DNA from: Trichoplax adhaerens
Taxonomy: Eukaryota > Animalia > Placozoa
Assembly: GCF_000150275.1 (NCBI RefSeq)
Contig: NW_002060973.1
Location: 62,001 to 126,000 of the forward strand
Direction: 5' to 3'
Length of the DNA stretch: 64,000 bases
Position 1 is the stretch's first letter. The number at the start of each line of letters is the position of its first letter. The notes beneath the pieces were generated by a model. The model saw nothing but the letters and a program-made list of their open reading frames with translations. It was not told the DNA's origin and did not search any database. Positions 39,301 to 52,638 of this stretch are shown here, one piece after another. Both the position numbers and the translations under genes were made by a program.

Positions 39301-41345
39301 TCTATATGTATCGAAATCGCAATTGTAAGCACATTAACAGACTGAAATGTTTGCTCATATGTTTATAGCTTTGCTCGCTAGAATTATTTCCAAGAACTTC
39401 AAGTCGACTCTTCTATAATGAATTATTCAGGGTTCCATTGCTACGGCAACATATTGCACGCTTTTGTTCTGATATAAGGATAGAAGCAATCCTATGTCAT
39501 TTTAGGCAAGAATCGATAAGAAATACCGTAGTTATTGATTAAACACATGAAGTGACCTCTAAAGGGAATGTGATGGAAATCAATATAAAAATATGGCAGA
39601 GTCAGGATGGATAAATTATCGTCAATATTGTCGTCCAATATTGACATTTTAATCCTTTGATTTAAATATCACATGATTTGATTTTCAAATTTATTTTAAA
39701 ACAGTTTAGTATTAACGGCCAGTTGCATTTGATTCAGATGTTGGCTCTATCCTCTATATAGCGTTTAACGATTATCTGCTAATCATACTAAATTAATACC
39801 GTTGTTAAATTTGTTGAATATGGCATTAAAGCGATGCAGGGATAGATTCAAGATTACTTTATAGACATATGTTTATTTTCGATGGAAATCAAGACGTGAT
39901 TTCAAATATTAACGTAAGATTTAGTGACACTAAATATAGAGAAACTTTAAATAGTCGATGTATTACCATTAACATGTGAGCTCACTAATTGTATGACTGT
40001 TTTGCCTCTAATAATATAGTTTAATGATAGAATACGAAATTTGTATAGTCAATAAGTCAATACTTACATCGCGTACGTCGGAAGAGTTTACTCTAACAAA
40101 GAACACATAAAATCAAAATAATATCTTACTCATCTCGAACCTGGGTTATGAGTAGTTCCGTAATTATAATTATAACTATGAAATCTGGCATAGACAATAC
40201 TGCAATTATTCCTCATTAATATTGAAGCATATGGCTCATTTCCTAATACAATTTATTCTATTATTAAATTGAGGAGATACCAATTTGCACCGCATGCCCT
40301 GCTCTACTATAGTATGTACGGTAGATACCAAGTGTCTTAGCTATGTGCAACTAACAATTGCATAACCAATTAATAGGTAATAAATGTTCATTAGCAATCC
40401 ATTGATGATATTATTCTATTATGAGCAATACATGCGCTACCGGTATAGATTACAAATGCTATTGAAGGACAATGACTAATTAACGTTTATTTAATTTGTC
40501 TACCAAAATCAGTACTGGGAAATCATCTATAGATCATGTGAAGAGAATGTATCGTTCTCTGATAATCAGATCAAAAATTTTCCCTAGGTTCAATAGCTGA
40601 GAAAGAAATAACAATTCTATCACCAGACGTCGCTGAGATGAAACATTTTAATCCGTTTCTCCCATTGTTTTAAAATTCTCCGCGACTGAATATAATTCTA
40701 GATCGCTCCTCCTATTTGGCGAACATATCAAATTATGAACAATACTGACTGATGGGCTTTTCTTGAGTAATATAATGTCCTCTTGAATAAGCCAACTCTT
40801 CATGGAAATTAACAATTGGATAATAGTATTCCACTCTAAAGCGACATGATTTTCTCTCATCTACACCTTATTATAACTTTCAGTACAGACAAATTTAACT
40901 AGGATAGATTCTACAGTTTGTTCAGTGTAGTCGATATACGTAATACGAATTCATTTGAATTAAAGATAATTTCTCATTTTATATCGATCAGTTGCCACAG
41001 TCTATAGATAGTTTCTTATTTCTATTAAGCGAATTAAAATTGATTTAAGAGCTATAGTACTATACTTTTCTATAACTTAATTGTCATTTGGTCTTAGATT
41101 CTGGACTAGATATGTCAATAGGGTGTCTCGTTTATCTTACACAATATTAATTTATAGCTTCTTCTGCGGCTCAGAATTGACACTCTAGTTCTCGCTACTA
41201 ATAATTATATATAATTAATATGCATTTGTTGCATTCTTTTGAGGGTTACATGCTAGTACAACAATTAGACCCTGTTTAATGATAAAATTATAAGAGAAAG
41301 GGCACAGCAATCATGACTTTGTATATTGACAACTATTCATCGGAG

Positions 41346-41467
41346 AATATTCAATCAAAATTGTTCCCCCCTGTTGCATAAAAGTTGTCGCCCCTTATCT
41401 AGAAGATCTCTTCTAGGCAGGGGCAACAACTTTCATGCAACGGGGAGTACAATTTTGATTGAGTAGT
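41346..41467. repeat. ~120-bp near-perfect palindrome (MITE-like hairpin)
   Basis: Left arm TTCAATCAAAATTGTTCCCCCCTGTTGCATAAAAGTTGTCGCCCCTTATCTAGAAG. Reverse complement of the right arm CTCAATCAAAATTGTACTCCCCGTTGCATGAAAGTTGTTGCCCCTGCCTAGAAG. The loop is about 4 nt. Confidence 0.9.
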
Positions 41468-44400
41468 CCTTGTGTTCATCATAAAATGGAAATTTCATAA
41501 TCATTTACTGTGACACACTATTCCACGCGAATATATCAAGTAGAAAGTTCGAAAGACCCGAATTTGATTACGAACATGCCAGCCAATCAAACATATTCGT
41601 ATAATTATAACTTCATTAGTGACTAACTAGCTAAGTTATTGATAAAAATTTTATTTTCATATGAATAAACAATAACTTTAATGAAAAAAAGCATAATTTC
41701 CATCTAAAAATTAGATTCATCAAAGAAAGTTTGATTCATAAGAGATTATTTCTGAATTTCGTAATCCCAACTAGTATCCTTAAGCTTTTACCTTGGTAGT
41801 AATTCATATTGATATGACTACATATAGATTTTACAGTATATCTACTTGTGTGCGAACATATGCAAAGTTCCAAACTAATAATTAATATAAAAGTAAAAAA
41901 TTTAGGCTATTTTATGATTCAATTCTTTCACATATTAAATAATAGTCAACTTGAATAAATTTGTAATTCACTATGCCTTACCGAATGTATGATGGTACAG
42001 TGGATATTTATAAAATAAATTCTTAAACCGAATCAGTAATGCAAGCAGTTACCGCAAATAGAGTTCCTCGTTTAAATTATGAGTATCACATCAATGAATG
42101 GAAATATTTCAAAGAAGAAATACATAATGTTATTCATAGAAAATCTATCACAAAAAATGCCCTTTTTTTCTATGAAGGCTGATAAATATGATATGCTTGA
42201 CCCATATTTCATCTAATGACCTAATAGATATTGTTTATTAAGTGACTAAATGTCAATTCGAAAGTTAGTATTCTTGATTAAAATAGATTCTAACGCATTG
42301 GATTATTACCTACTGTTTTAGCATACTTTCTGTATAAGTAATACAGGAAGTTAGGAGATTCTAACAGGATTCATCAGTGTTTCAGGCGCCGAAAATAGTA
42401 GAAACCATATTCTCATGAAATTTTATCTAATTAAATTTAAATTATTCGCGATGTATATTTTTGAAACAAAAATAATTACAATTAGTATCATTTACTAGAA
42501 TTAGTTTGGAGCTAGTTACCATATTAATAATTTGGTATATACCTATTATGATTTGGCGTAAAATCTAACATACCGATTTGATATCACACAACAAGTAGCC
42601 AGAACGCATGCATCACACACTGTATAATCATGACGATGTAGTTTAGTTACGTGGATTCCATCGACCTACACCAAATCAGTGACTATAATAGAATAGGTTT
42701 TGAGCCCGCAATTCTTTTGCATATTACAGATATCATTAAAACTATTAAATATTATTATAGCGTAATAATTACTCTTAATCGGTAAGAATGAGTTTCAACC
42801 AACGATATATCCTTCATTAAATGCAGCTATTACTGGGCATTGCTAATCATCGTAGTTTATGCTAGACGGCCAGTTATAAGTCTTCTGTTGTAAATATCTA
42901 GATGCAGTAATTTTAACGTAGACGTAGTAATATTTATCATACGATTTAGGTTCAGTAAGATTTGGCAAAGTATTTAAACCTTTCTATAAAGCGCTACTCT
43001 TTCGTCTATAAAAATTGACAATATTCTTTTGTCTCAAAGAAATATAGACATTACAATGCTGTACTGACCTCTAAAATGCGGCTTGGGATTTATTGTTGCA
43101 TGTATTCATTGAACAAGCGAATATAAAAATTTTGATGAGTTTAAGTATATTTATTATCATCAACAGTCTGCTATTGCTTTATTATCGCATCTGAACTGTA
43201 CTTTTTAGGATTATTCTAATTTACTATACTTCAGTTACGGTATTCATAGACAAAAGAAGTCTTAAATTACGCTATGTTAGGCTTGCGAGCCGTAAGAATT
43301 TGCTGCTTTACTAGCGGCGCGTTAACTTATTCTATCGCGATTTTATCATTTAAAGTTCCTTTATCTTACTTCTAGAATTGAACTGCGCTGTATTCAAAAT
43401 AAGTAACCTTGCTAGGGAATAGCAAATCAAATTACAACCTAGTTTAGAATTATACAAGCCTCTCTGCTTTAATTTCTAATCATTTGCTTGTAAATTTCTA
43501 TAAAAGTTGCTCAAGGCATTAAAATAACAGCAGACCTTGTTTGAATTTTAAGCAGATCATACAGTAATTTTTATGGCAAGTAGACTATTACGTGAAACAA
43601 GTACTTGTAATACTACTATAGTAAATTTTAAGTTTAAATTCTTAAATAATTATATGCTTAAAAGCTTTAAAAATATCGTAATAAAACTGACTGACCCATG
43701 TATAGACGGCAGTACAGAGTTTCGCCTATCCATACAAAAATTTTACGAATCGATCCAGAAAAATTAGTCGTTTAATAATGAAGGTGTTTCGAAATAATTT
43801 TAAGCTATAGAAATATAAATAAATCCCAAAATTAATCTCTATGGTCAACACTTTTGCTTGATATGCCTGCTAACCAAGCGCTTATGACATGTTAATCCAA
43901 ATTAGGTAATAAGCGAGATATTGTGGCATTGATACGCAATACTGCCAACGTGTATAACAGTATAAAAAGTAGAAGATAAAATTGGAGTATTACGTAATAC
44001 TAAAATAAAATCAGTCAACTTTTGCGCTTGGCAAGTACTCTCTCACACGTACTTGTGAAATTTATTAGCTTCTAATTATTGATTTCTCACCTTAGGTAAT
44101 TTACCTGAGGTTATTTGTAGTCGTTGTCAAATCTCACACATAAGCCTTCACAATACTCATTGCCAGTAATAGTATATAAAGCTTATTACTATCGTGTGTT
44201 CTTATAGCGTAGTATCGATCTAGTTGCGGCAGTCACAGAACCTAATATCACTAGAAGGAATACTTAGAAGCTTTTGCTAATGTTATTGGAAAGAAGGTAT
44301 CTTTCTCTATCGGTGAACTTGCACGATAAATTGTTTCGTCCACTGGCGTAGTATACGTTATGATTAGGAAATATTGGAGTTGTAGAGCACTAAATAGATT

Positions 44401-47400
44401 TTATTAAATAAATGTATATTTAATTAGCTTCACGCCTTTCCGCACTAGCGCCGATGAAAATAGATACCAATATGTTCTGGTCTTTAAGCCGTACGAAAAC
44501 ATGAAAACTGTAGTAAAATTTTCGACGAAGCTTACACAGTAAAAGCAGACTATATGTTATCTCAAAAATTTTACACCTCAATTCAATTTAATAGCCGACT
44601 TTGTTAGCAAGGTAATATCAGCTCCATGGAAGCTTCCGTCAGCTAAGTTTTGCCTATTTTTTAGATTAATTTTAATTTATTGGGCTATTATCACTGTACT
44701 AGAGGCAAATGACTATAATATACCAATCGATTATAATAATTGCTAGTGCGGAAATCTCAGCAAATAGCAATACTACTTGCTATGCCTTGATATTTGCTAT
44801 ACTAAGTATACGTATATTGAGAGTTTTGCTAATGCACACAAGTAGCGTATTGACTTTTCATTTGACTATGTATCGTTTCGTAAATACAATTTAGCATCCA
44901 GTTTGAAGCGTTATCCAATAATTAAAAAAAAAATAATAAACAAATTAGTAACTTTAGGAAGATATTGATAAATGAATATATCTTTAATGTTCACTGGCAT
45001 GATAATAAAGAAAAGAATATCGTGCAATATGTCTTAGTAATACACAATAAGAAGCTATTATTGATTATTAATCACAACAGCTACGGTATCTCTTTTTGAA
45101 GACTATTTAGGCATGTTCGCGAACTTGTTTAATTCACATATCCGTATACTTATTTCTCTGCAGGTATTACAAGATTGATATATCCTGCTACTAAGACGGA
45201 GAATTATTTTTTGAACTAAGTATTTGGTGTAATACAGAGGTCATGGCTGAGTGACGTGATATAAACATGGATTATGGTGGATGCATACCTTACAAATCTA
45301 GAATGAAGAGATGATTGAAATGGTTTACATTTTTTTAGCTTGTAGTAATGTTTCGGGTAACTATCATAAAATAATTAGTGATATGAGATTACTTAGATGT
45401 TACTAGTAGATGAATATGATATCAGTTCTTATTACAGTAACGATGCGATTGAGATGCAAATTCCTTCATATAAGCGTGTATAGACTTGATTTATTCAAAA
45501 TATCTGATCCTGAATATACTAAAATCCTCGGTTTGCCGATATAAATATAAAGATATTAGCTACAAGCACAGCTGCAAACGTTGTCGAACCCATAGTGTTA
45601 ATTTCCCTTTGCTCCTACAATCAATGGGAGAGTCTACATTATTTAAGCAGTAGCAATTTAACTTGAAATGCTAATATCTGCTCTTTTAGAATAAGATCAG
45701 GGATAGCAAAGTGAGTTTTCCATTAAATTAATTGAAATTTTAATTAATGAGATGTGTATAATGTAGCCACTGGAAATCTGTGCGTTATCTCAAATTAAAT
45801 ACAGTAATGACTGTATTCGAAATATACTGTACGTATTGTTTCTAATTAATGAGAAGAATTTCGTATTTCAGTATTGTATACAGATCTGCTATGTTGCAGG
45901 GCTGAACTAGCTACCAATATTGCCAAGATCATAAACTTTATGCGTACATGCTTTGAAACCTCCTAGGATATTTCAATCAATAGATTGAATACTTCGAGAT
46001 AATTAGTTGGTATAGTCTATTGGACACGTAGTATACAACTAGTTTAGTAGTGCCATACTAATTGCAAAAGTCGCGACTACATAAATTTCTTCATCCTTCA
46101 GTTTAGAATACTAGATCAATTATGTGGAATAAATCTGGGTGAGGTATTTAAAGAATGTAATTTAACGGTACTTAATGGAGATTTAATAAGGCAATAATTT
46201 AAATTTTCCAACTAGTAACTGTAGATAATGCTGTAAGTAATGTAGAATTGTACCTTTGCATTTTTGATTTACTACTACTGATTGAATGGATACTCGTAGG
46301 GTGCGTGATGCTTGCAGAATTGTCCGGGAAATATTGATTAAATTAAAACTTCCCGAAAATGCAAAGAACAATCGAGGCTGGTACAGCATAGCATATTTTA
46401 AAATGTCTTTCCTCAATAGTTCATTATAATAATTTCTATCTGAAGCATATATTTAGTAGATATAACAATAGTTAGTTGATGTATATATATATTTCTGCTT
46501 AGATCAACTTTCACGATTGATGCCGCAAAAGATGGTCGATTTCATAATTAATAAATCTATTTCTGCAAGCATGTTTCCTCTCAGAGGTCTTCTTGCGCTA
46601 TGACGGTTTAAAAATGAAATAATAATCCAGAAATTAATCATAGCTGTAACAAGGGCAATTCACAGTATATTTTCTCTGAAGTTATAAATTGCAATTTGGT
46701 GTCGCTATTAAAGCAATTGCATTTGAAATAATCATTAATAAAAAACTGCGATCTTAACATCATAGATATTATTCTGTGACATCCAGGTCAATTGTAGTAT
46801 TGCAAATTGGTAATAATTGTGTACCGCAAGTATTGCACATGGTAATTGAAACAGTGTGAATATGTCTATATGTACTGCTTTCCCAGGCTATTCCAATTTC
46901 AATCAGCTACAGAAATGGTGCCACTATTATCCATCATTATTTAAATCATTCCGCATAATTGTTAGCACTTGTATTCTATTACATTAAATCGAAATGGAAT
47001 CACATTTTCCTAATACAATAGATTAAAAATTGCTTAGTCAATAAGAATTAAACGGTGAATGCATAGTGGAGGTACTCTTTGTACGATGCAAATGGATACA
47101 AATCTCCACTAAAAAATAGATTGTACCTACTAGTAGTATACTATATAATGATGCTAGGTATGATTCACTGGCCTTAATACTATATCTTTTTTCCATTATT
47201 TCTCTAAAATGCAAGCATAGGTTTTGTTTTCCACCTGTTTCCTTCACAAAACAAGGCGATACTAGAAATTAAAAATTTAGTTCCCATCGATAATTTAGAA
47301 CAATTACTGTAATGGGGTTGGCTATATTAGATAATTCGTATTTCCTAAATGGAAAGCAGATGTAAAGCATTTCGAATAAAATCTCTCCTTTTTTTGTCAT

Positions 47401-49675
47401 AAGTAAGAGAGCATAACCATTTTTATCTTCGTCCATCCGAAACCCCAATTAACCACCCCAACAGGGTTGCGTTTCTTTTATAGCATAATAGATGTCACTG
47501 CCTCTTTCCGTCTTGGCAGAAAATTTACAAATGAATTAACACCTCGCGGTGTAAGTGACAACTGTAGCCATGATCAAATTAGGAATCAAGACATATCATT
47601 TTTTACATCTATGGTAGTAACTGCTATTCAGGATGAACTGTACAGGGTGCATTCGCATTGTAAAATTACAGATACTAAATTCACACGTACCTATTACCTT
47701 ATACTGCCAGTATTTATCAAGTATTAATTAACAGCATAATCTTTTTGACATCGTGCATAGATTTCAGGGAAAGCACGCTTAATAAACGATATAATACGAG
47801 GAATAATGTTGAAATACATACCACACAGTAATCTAGCTTAGATGTAAATTAGGAATTAAGCTGCTTGAAAAAATATTTTGGTGTACGTGTTTGTAAAAGT
47901 TCCCATAAAATACAGCAATTTGAAATGATAAAAGGACTCAAAATTAGATCGTTTATATTTGAAAATAAAACGTATTATTACTTCTGGGCTTACGCATACA
48001 TGGGTTTAGCACCTGCTAGCAGATTCAATATAGGACACATAGTTAAATATATTATTAACCAGTTAATAAAAGTAGGACTGGAAACAATAACACAGAATCA
48101 ATTCTGATAATATTTGTTCGTCATTAATTTAATCGATTTACACACAGGTAAAATTATTAATAATGGGCAGAATAAAAAAAAAAACAGATGGGAATATTTT
48201 ATATATCCGGTTTTATCAACCTTGTGTTAGATTGAAATTCTAGATAGGTGATGTTTAATTTTACGCGTTTATCGATCTGCCTTGAACCACTGATACTCTG
48301 ATGTCGCTTTTAAAGCCATCAGTATTATTAATTTCAAAGTTCAAATTCAACACTACAAAGATCATAACATTAACCATTATCTAGAAGAATAGTAAATAGT
48401 TTTTTAATAGAATTTTTAACTAGATCTTCGCATGTTGCTGTTGACAAAGTGGCAAGGAATTGCAAGTATTAAAACGATTTATGGAAACAATCGTAGTATC
48501 ATCATATTTTCGTTTGCATATACTGTACAGTTACAGATTAAAAATTTATAAATCGATTACGGTAAAAGCTACTCATGCTACTAGAAGGATCATTTAAAAT
48601 AACAATTTAATTCTTGAATTAATTCAATATGTTAATACGAACTATCGATCATGTTTAGCAATTATCCGTTAAAAAGTTTCTTAAGGAAATAATGATGCAG
48701 CTTATATTAACCATCGATTGCGTTTGGTAATTCGTTCAAAATTTTATAATAAAATAACGGCTCCTATTTTTAACGTTTATCGTATTACTCTTCCTTATAC
48801 GCTAAAATCAGCATAGTGATGAGTCCAACACCAATTTGTAAATTCTTCGTTGGATATCAACGATGCAACCTAATAGAGAAACGGTATCTCGAACGTTTGC
48901 ATGACATGCTGATATATAATGAATTAATTAGTTAACTTTTCAGTTCTAAATCACCGCAGTCATCATTTGTGATGCAGGTGATCGTAACCCCTAACCTTAA
49001 GACTACGAGGTGAAAGTTTAAATACACATATGAATAATTATATAATCACCTTTCTATTTCATCCTATAATAAATCTCCAGCATTATTGCCATTCTTAGAA
49101 TTTAGGCCACAAGGTATTAAATATAACCTCCAAATCTAGCTATTGCATTTACTGAACTAAATACTAATTTAGTACTTTAAATATTTATTATGTTTCGTAG
49201 GATGAAATCTAGTAAGAGAAAGGGATAACAAATGTATCATCACATATATCGACGTTAAAAATTTCCGCTTAAATTAGTTAGTAACAATATGGTATACTGT
49301 ATTACAGCCTTAATTTTTTATCGAATAGAATAAATTGTTGCTTTAAATATTGGTCATATTCATTGATTTCGTGACTATATGGACTGATTGGATCAAACAC
49401 TTGCTTCATGATCGGTCTTGGCTCGATTACTGCTGACTCTCTTCCTTTTAATGTACTGTAATTATTAATTATTTGCAAAATGAGGCTCATTGCTAAATTG
49501 CCTAGTTGGCTTTTCCGTGTTGTTAATTCATCGATTATGCGGTCCAAGATACTGCTAGAATGAACAACTTGTGTTTCACGGACGGTCGGACTCTCGGTAT
49601 GGTAACGCACGATTGTATCGCGTGCGCATGTTTTATTTTCCATTCCGTAAATTGGTACTGTACCGGCAATGTGGA

Positions 49676-49925
49676 AAATACAGTACTATACTGTACTGTC
49701 CTGTACTGTACAGTACAGGACATGGTAACCTTGGACTGTACGCTCTGCGCCTGCCCAAACTTGAAAAAAAAGAGATGATGACTTTACGGTAGAACGTACT
49801 AAACGTCTAAACCTGATCGACTAGTAGTACGGTACGGTACTAGTACCGAAAATAACAGTACTACTAGCCCATGACAGTACCGGACCGAACCGGACTGAAC
49901 CGAGCCGTACCGGACTGTACCGTGG
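49676..49925. repeat. Pentameric ACYGN / (ACTGT)n low-complexity arrays
   Basis: TACTATACTGTACTGTCCTGTACTGTACAGTACAG; GTACGGTACGGTAC; ACCGGACCGAACCGGACTGAACCGAGCCGTACCGGACTGTACCG. Confidence 0.85.
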
Positions 49926-52638
49926 TCTTCGTCTAGTGGTCCATATTTATAACTATCACCAGTACAAAGGCCTTGTTGTTCACTATGCAGCAGACCTCTG
50001 CATTACGCAGTATTACACCAGGGATCGAGGGTGGTAACCAACCAAGGCTGCGGCGACAGCCATCGAAGATCGATAGGAAAGTATACAGTAGAAAGGAAAG
50101 TGATTTAAGCTTGCTTTAACTAATATGCTGCTTCCATTCGACGTTGGAGCTCCATCGATTTGTCATCATCATCATTACAAGAATAAAATACTAATGCCGT
50201 CATAACACGGAGAGCTTGTGACTTCTTGAGAGAAATCATTTGAATCAATATTATGCAAAAGTATAAAGGCTCCGACAAGAGAAACAAAAGATCATGCTAA
50301 TACATTCTATTGATAGATGAATTATCATTATTGATGACTACCCATTTTATTTGGATATCTACTCGATCAATAGGCTTGGGTCAAAGAAAATTAATATAAA
50401 CCGTCAGCGACTCGATCATCATTCTACTATTCAGGTTGGTAGGAAGAATTAGTACTGTTGGTGGCATCCAAGTCAAACCAAAGACCTTTAAAAGCGGCCT
50501 TACCGACAGCAATCGACATTTTACTCTTGCCTCAGATCGAGAGACTGACTAGCCAGGAAGCGCCAGCGGATGAACGATATTTCGAAATTGGATGAGATCA
50601 TTCAAGTACACTAGCTAGCAAGTCGACCATTTAGATCTACAGTATAAAAAAAACACCCCATCCTTTCAACCTTCATAATACGATGAGGTCTATACAAGCA
50701 AAGTTGTAGTAGTTCATGCCTAGTCTTTACTTCCGTCTTTTAATTGCTTTGCGTCGCTTATTACGAGATCGCCTCTGACAAGCAATCCTATCCATTGATT
50801 GCGTTAGTTTTGAATCTTTGGCCTACTGTAATACAGACAGTTATCCTAATACAATATTGCAGCTGATGGAAGTCGGCTTTTCTTTCACTCCAAGTGTTAT
50901 CCAATAGTCGATGAAAACCAGGTTATCACCATCTATAGTAGCATCGATTGTTGGCCCCGACAGCAACCATGGTCATTTTGGTTCGTCGTCGATTAGCACG
51001 TCTTGCTCGATACAGTCTAACTGCCATTTTTCTATCCTTGCTCTTGACTGCAATCATCACCATCTCTTACTTAAATATCTCCTAGTAAGTATCATTCCAT
51101 CATAATTTACTGATTTGATGATAAATTTCAATGACGCCTATTTCTTTCAATCCATCGTCATTTTTACTCAACCTGAGTATCCTCATATCTACAGAATAAT
51201 CACAAGCTATTCTTGCCTATGAATATCTACCGGCGAGTAGGCTACAGTAAAATCGTTATTTCCCTCCCCCCTTCCAATGTTTTTTTACTCCTTAAAGTAT
51301 TCAACTTTAACATGCAATCAGGATACAATCGTCCTATTGTACTAGATTAAGTACATTACTATAGCACGCAGTAATATTGAGTTAGAGAATAATACTCGTT
51401 TCCATTTGCAACTTATTGTAATTGAAAATAACAACTGCAAGTTAATTTGAAATCGTATCAAAACCTACAACATCAGCCTTTATTCTACATGCAACGACAA
51501 TCGTCTCTATCCATATTACCATATACTGTACAGTAAACGATTTGATCACAAATCACACCTTAGAAATCCCATCATCAATTCAAAGAGTTCATTAGGCCGC
51601 TTGCCAATATCCCCGTTAATATTAGCATTAACCAACTTTATTACCGTTAACTGAGTTAAAAACATGCAAGAGTGCTAGAGTCATGAAGCAAACATAAATG
51701 GGATCCATAGTCATCCGATAATCGGGTATGGTTGATAACGGGCGATATGAGTTGTAAGAAAATCTTGGAGGGACTATCCTTCAGCTTATTATTATTATTG
51801 AACATGGTACAAGTGTGATGTCGAAGTAAACTTCATGCTAATGTAATAAAGCAGTAGCACATTATTTTTTATCAAGGCAGCCATAAAATGTCAATAAAAT
51901 AAACAACTTAAATTCAATATATTATAGCATTTGTTCATCTTATTCTGATCCAAGTAGAATCTTAGACGCTCCTAGCAACTAACTATCTACAGCATTTTAT
52001 CCAACATGGACAAGAAACCTCGTGCTAGCATTACAATATCAATTTCATGAGGCTGCTCTAACGTTGCTTATACTTGGCTTATTATTGTTTATTATTGTTA
52101 TCTTTATTTTGTGATTGATTGTGCAGTATAAATTTCAAAAGAAGTCATGTCGGCAAATTGCGTTTTAGAGGGGAATTTAAGCTAATTGAACCTTTTGATA
52201 TTTAAATAAATTGACTTAAGTAACAAGATCAGATAGGATCCGTGTGGCAAAATGTTTGCTTTTATCAGTAACACCTGCCAATGATTGAAGAGATTGTAAA
52301 ATGTCTGTACTGCCCATTTTTACCAGACACGAGTTACAATTCAAATCCAATCTTATTAATATTCATCAACACTTCTTGCCCTACTACACTTTTCATACTG
52401 TTATTTCCATAAATAATTTCAAATTTATTAAGATCTTTTCATCGAATTGGTGCATTTATTACAGGACAATCACTCACAATGATAGTTTACTGTACTGAAG
52501 CCATCAAACATAACTTAGTTTGGTTTGTAATTAACTCTTGAATTCTATCTTCGTCTACTTTATGAAAGAGAATCAAATTGAATACTGTAAAAAATATACA
52601 AACGTTGCAATCACCTATTCACTTTAGCCGAATACGAC

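Noticed and set aside
40500-40860. ORF 40648..40860 and adjacent coding-looking sequence
   Set aside because: No recognisable motif, stops in the continuing frame and no joinable exons.
49302-49792. Four overlapping ORFs around 49.3-49.8 kb
   Set aside because: Largely produced by the pentamer repeats (TVQY/VLYC periodicity), with no domain signal.
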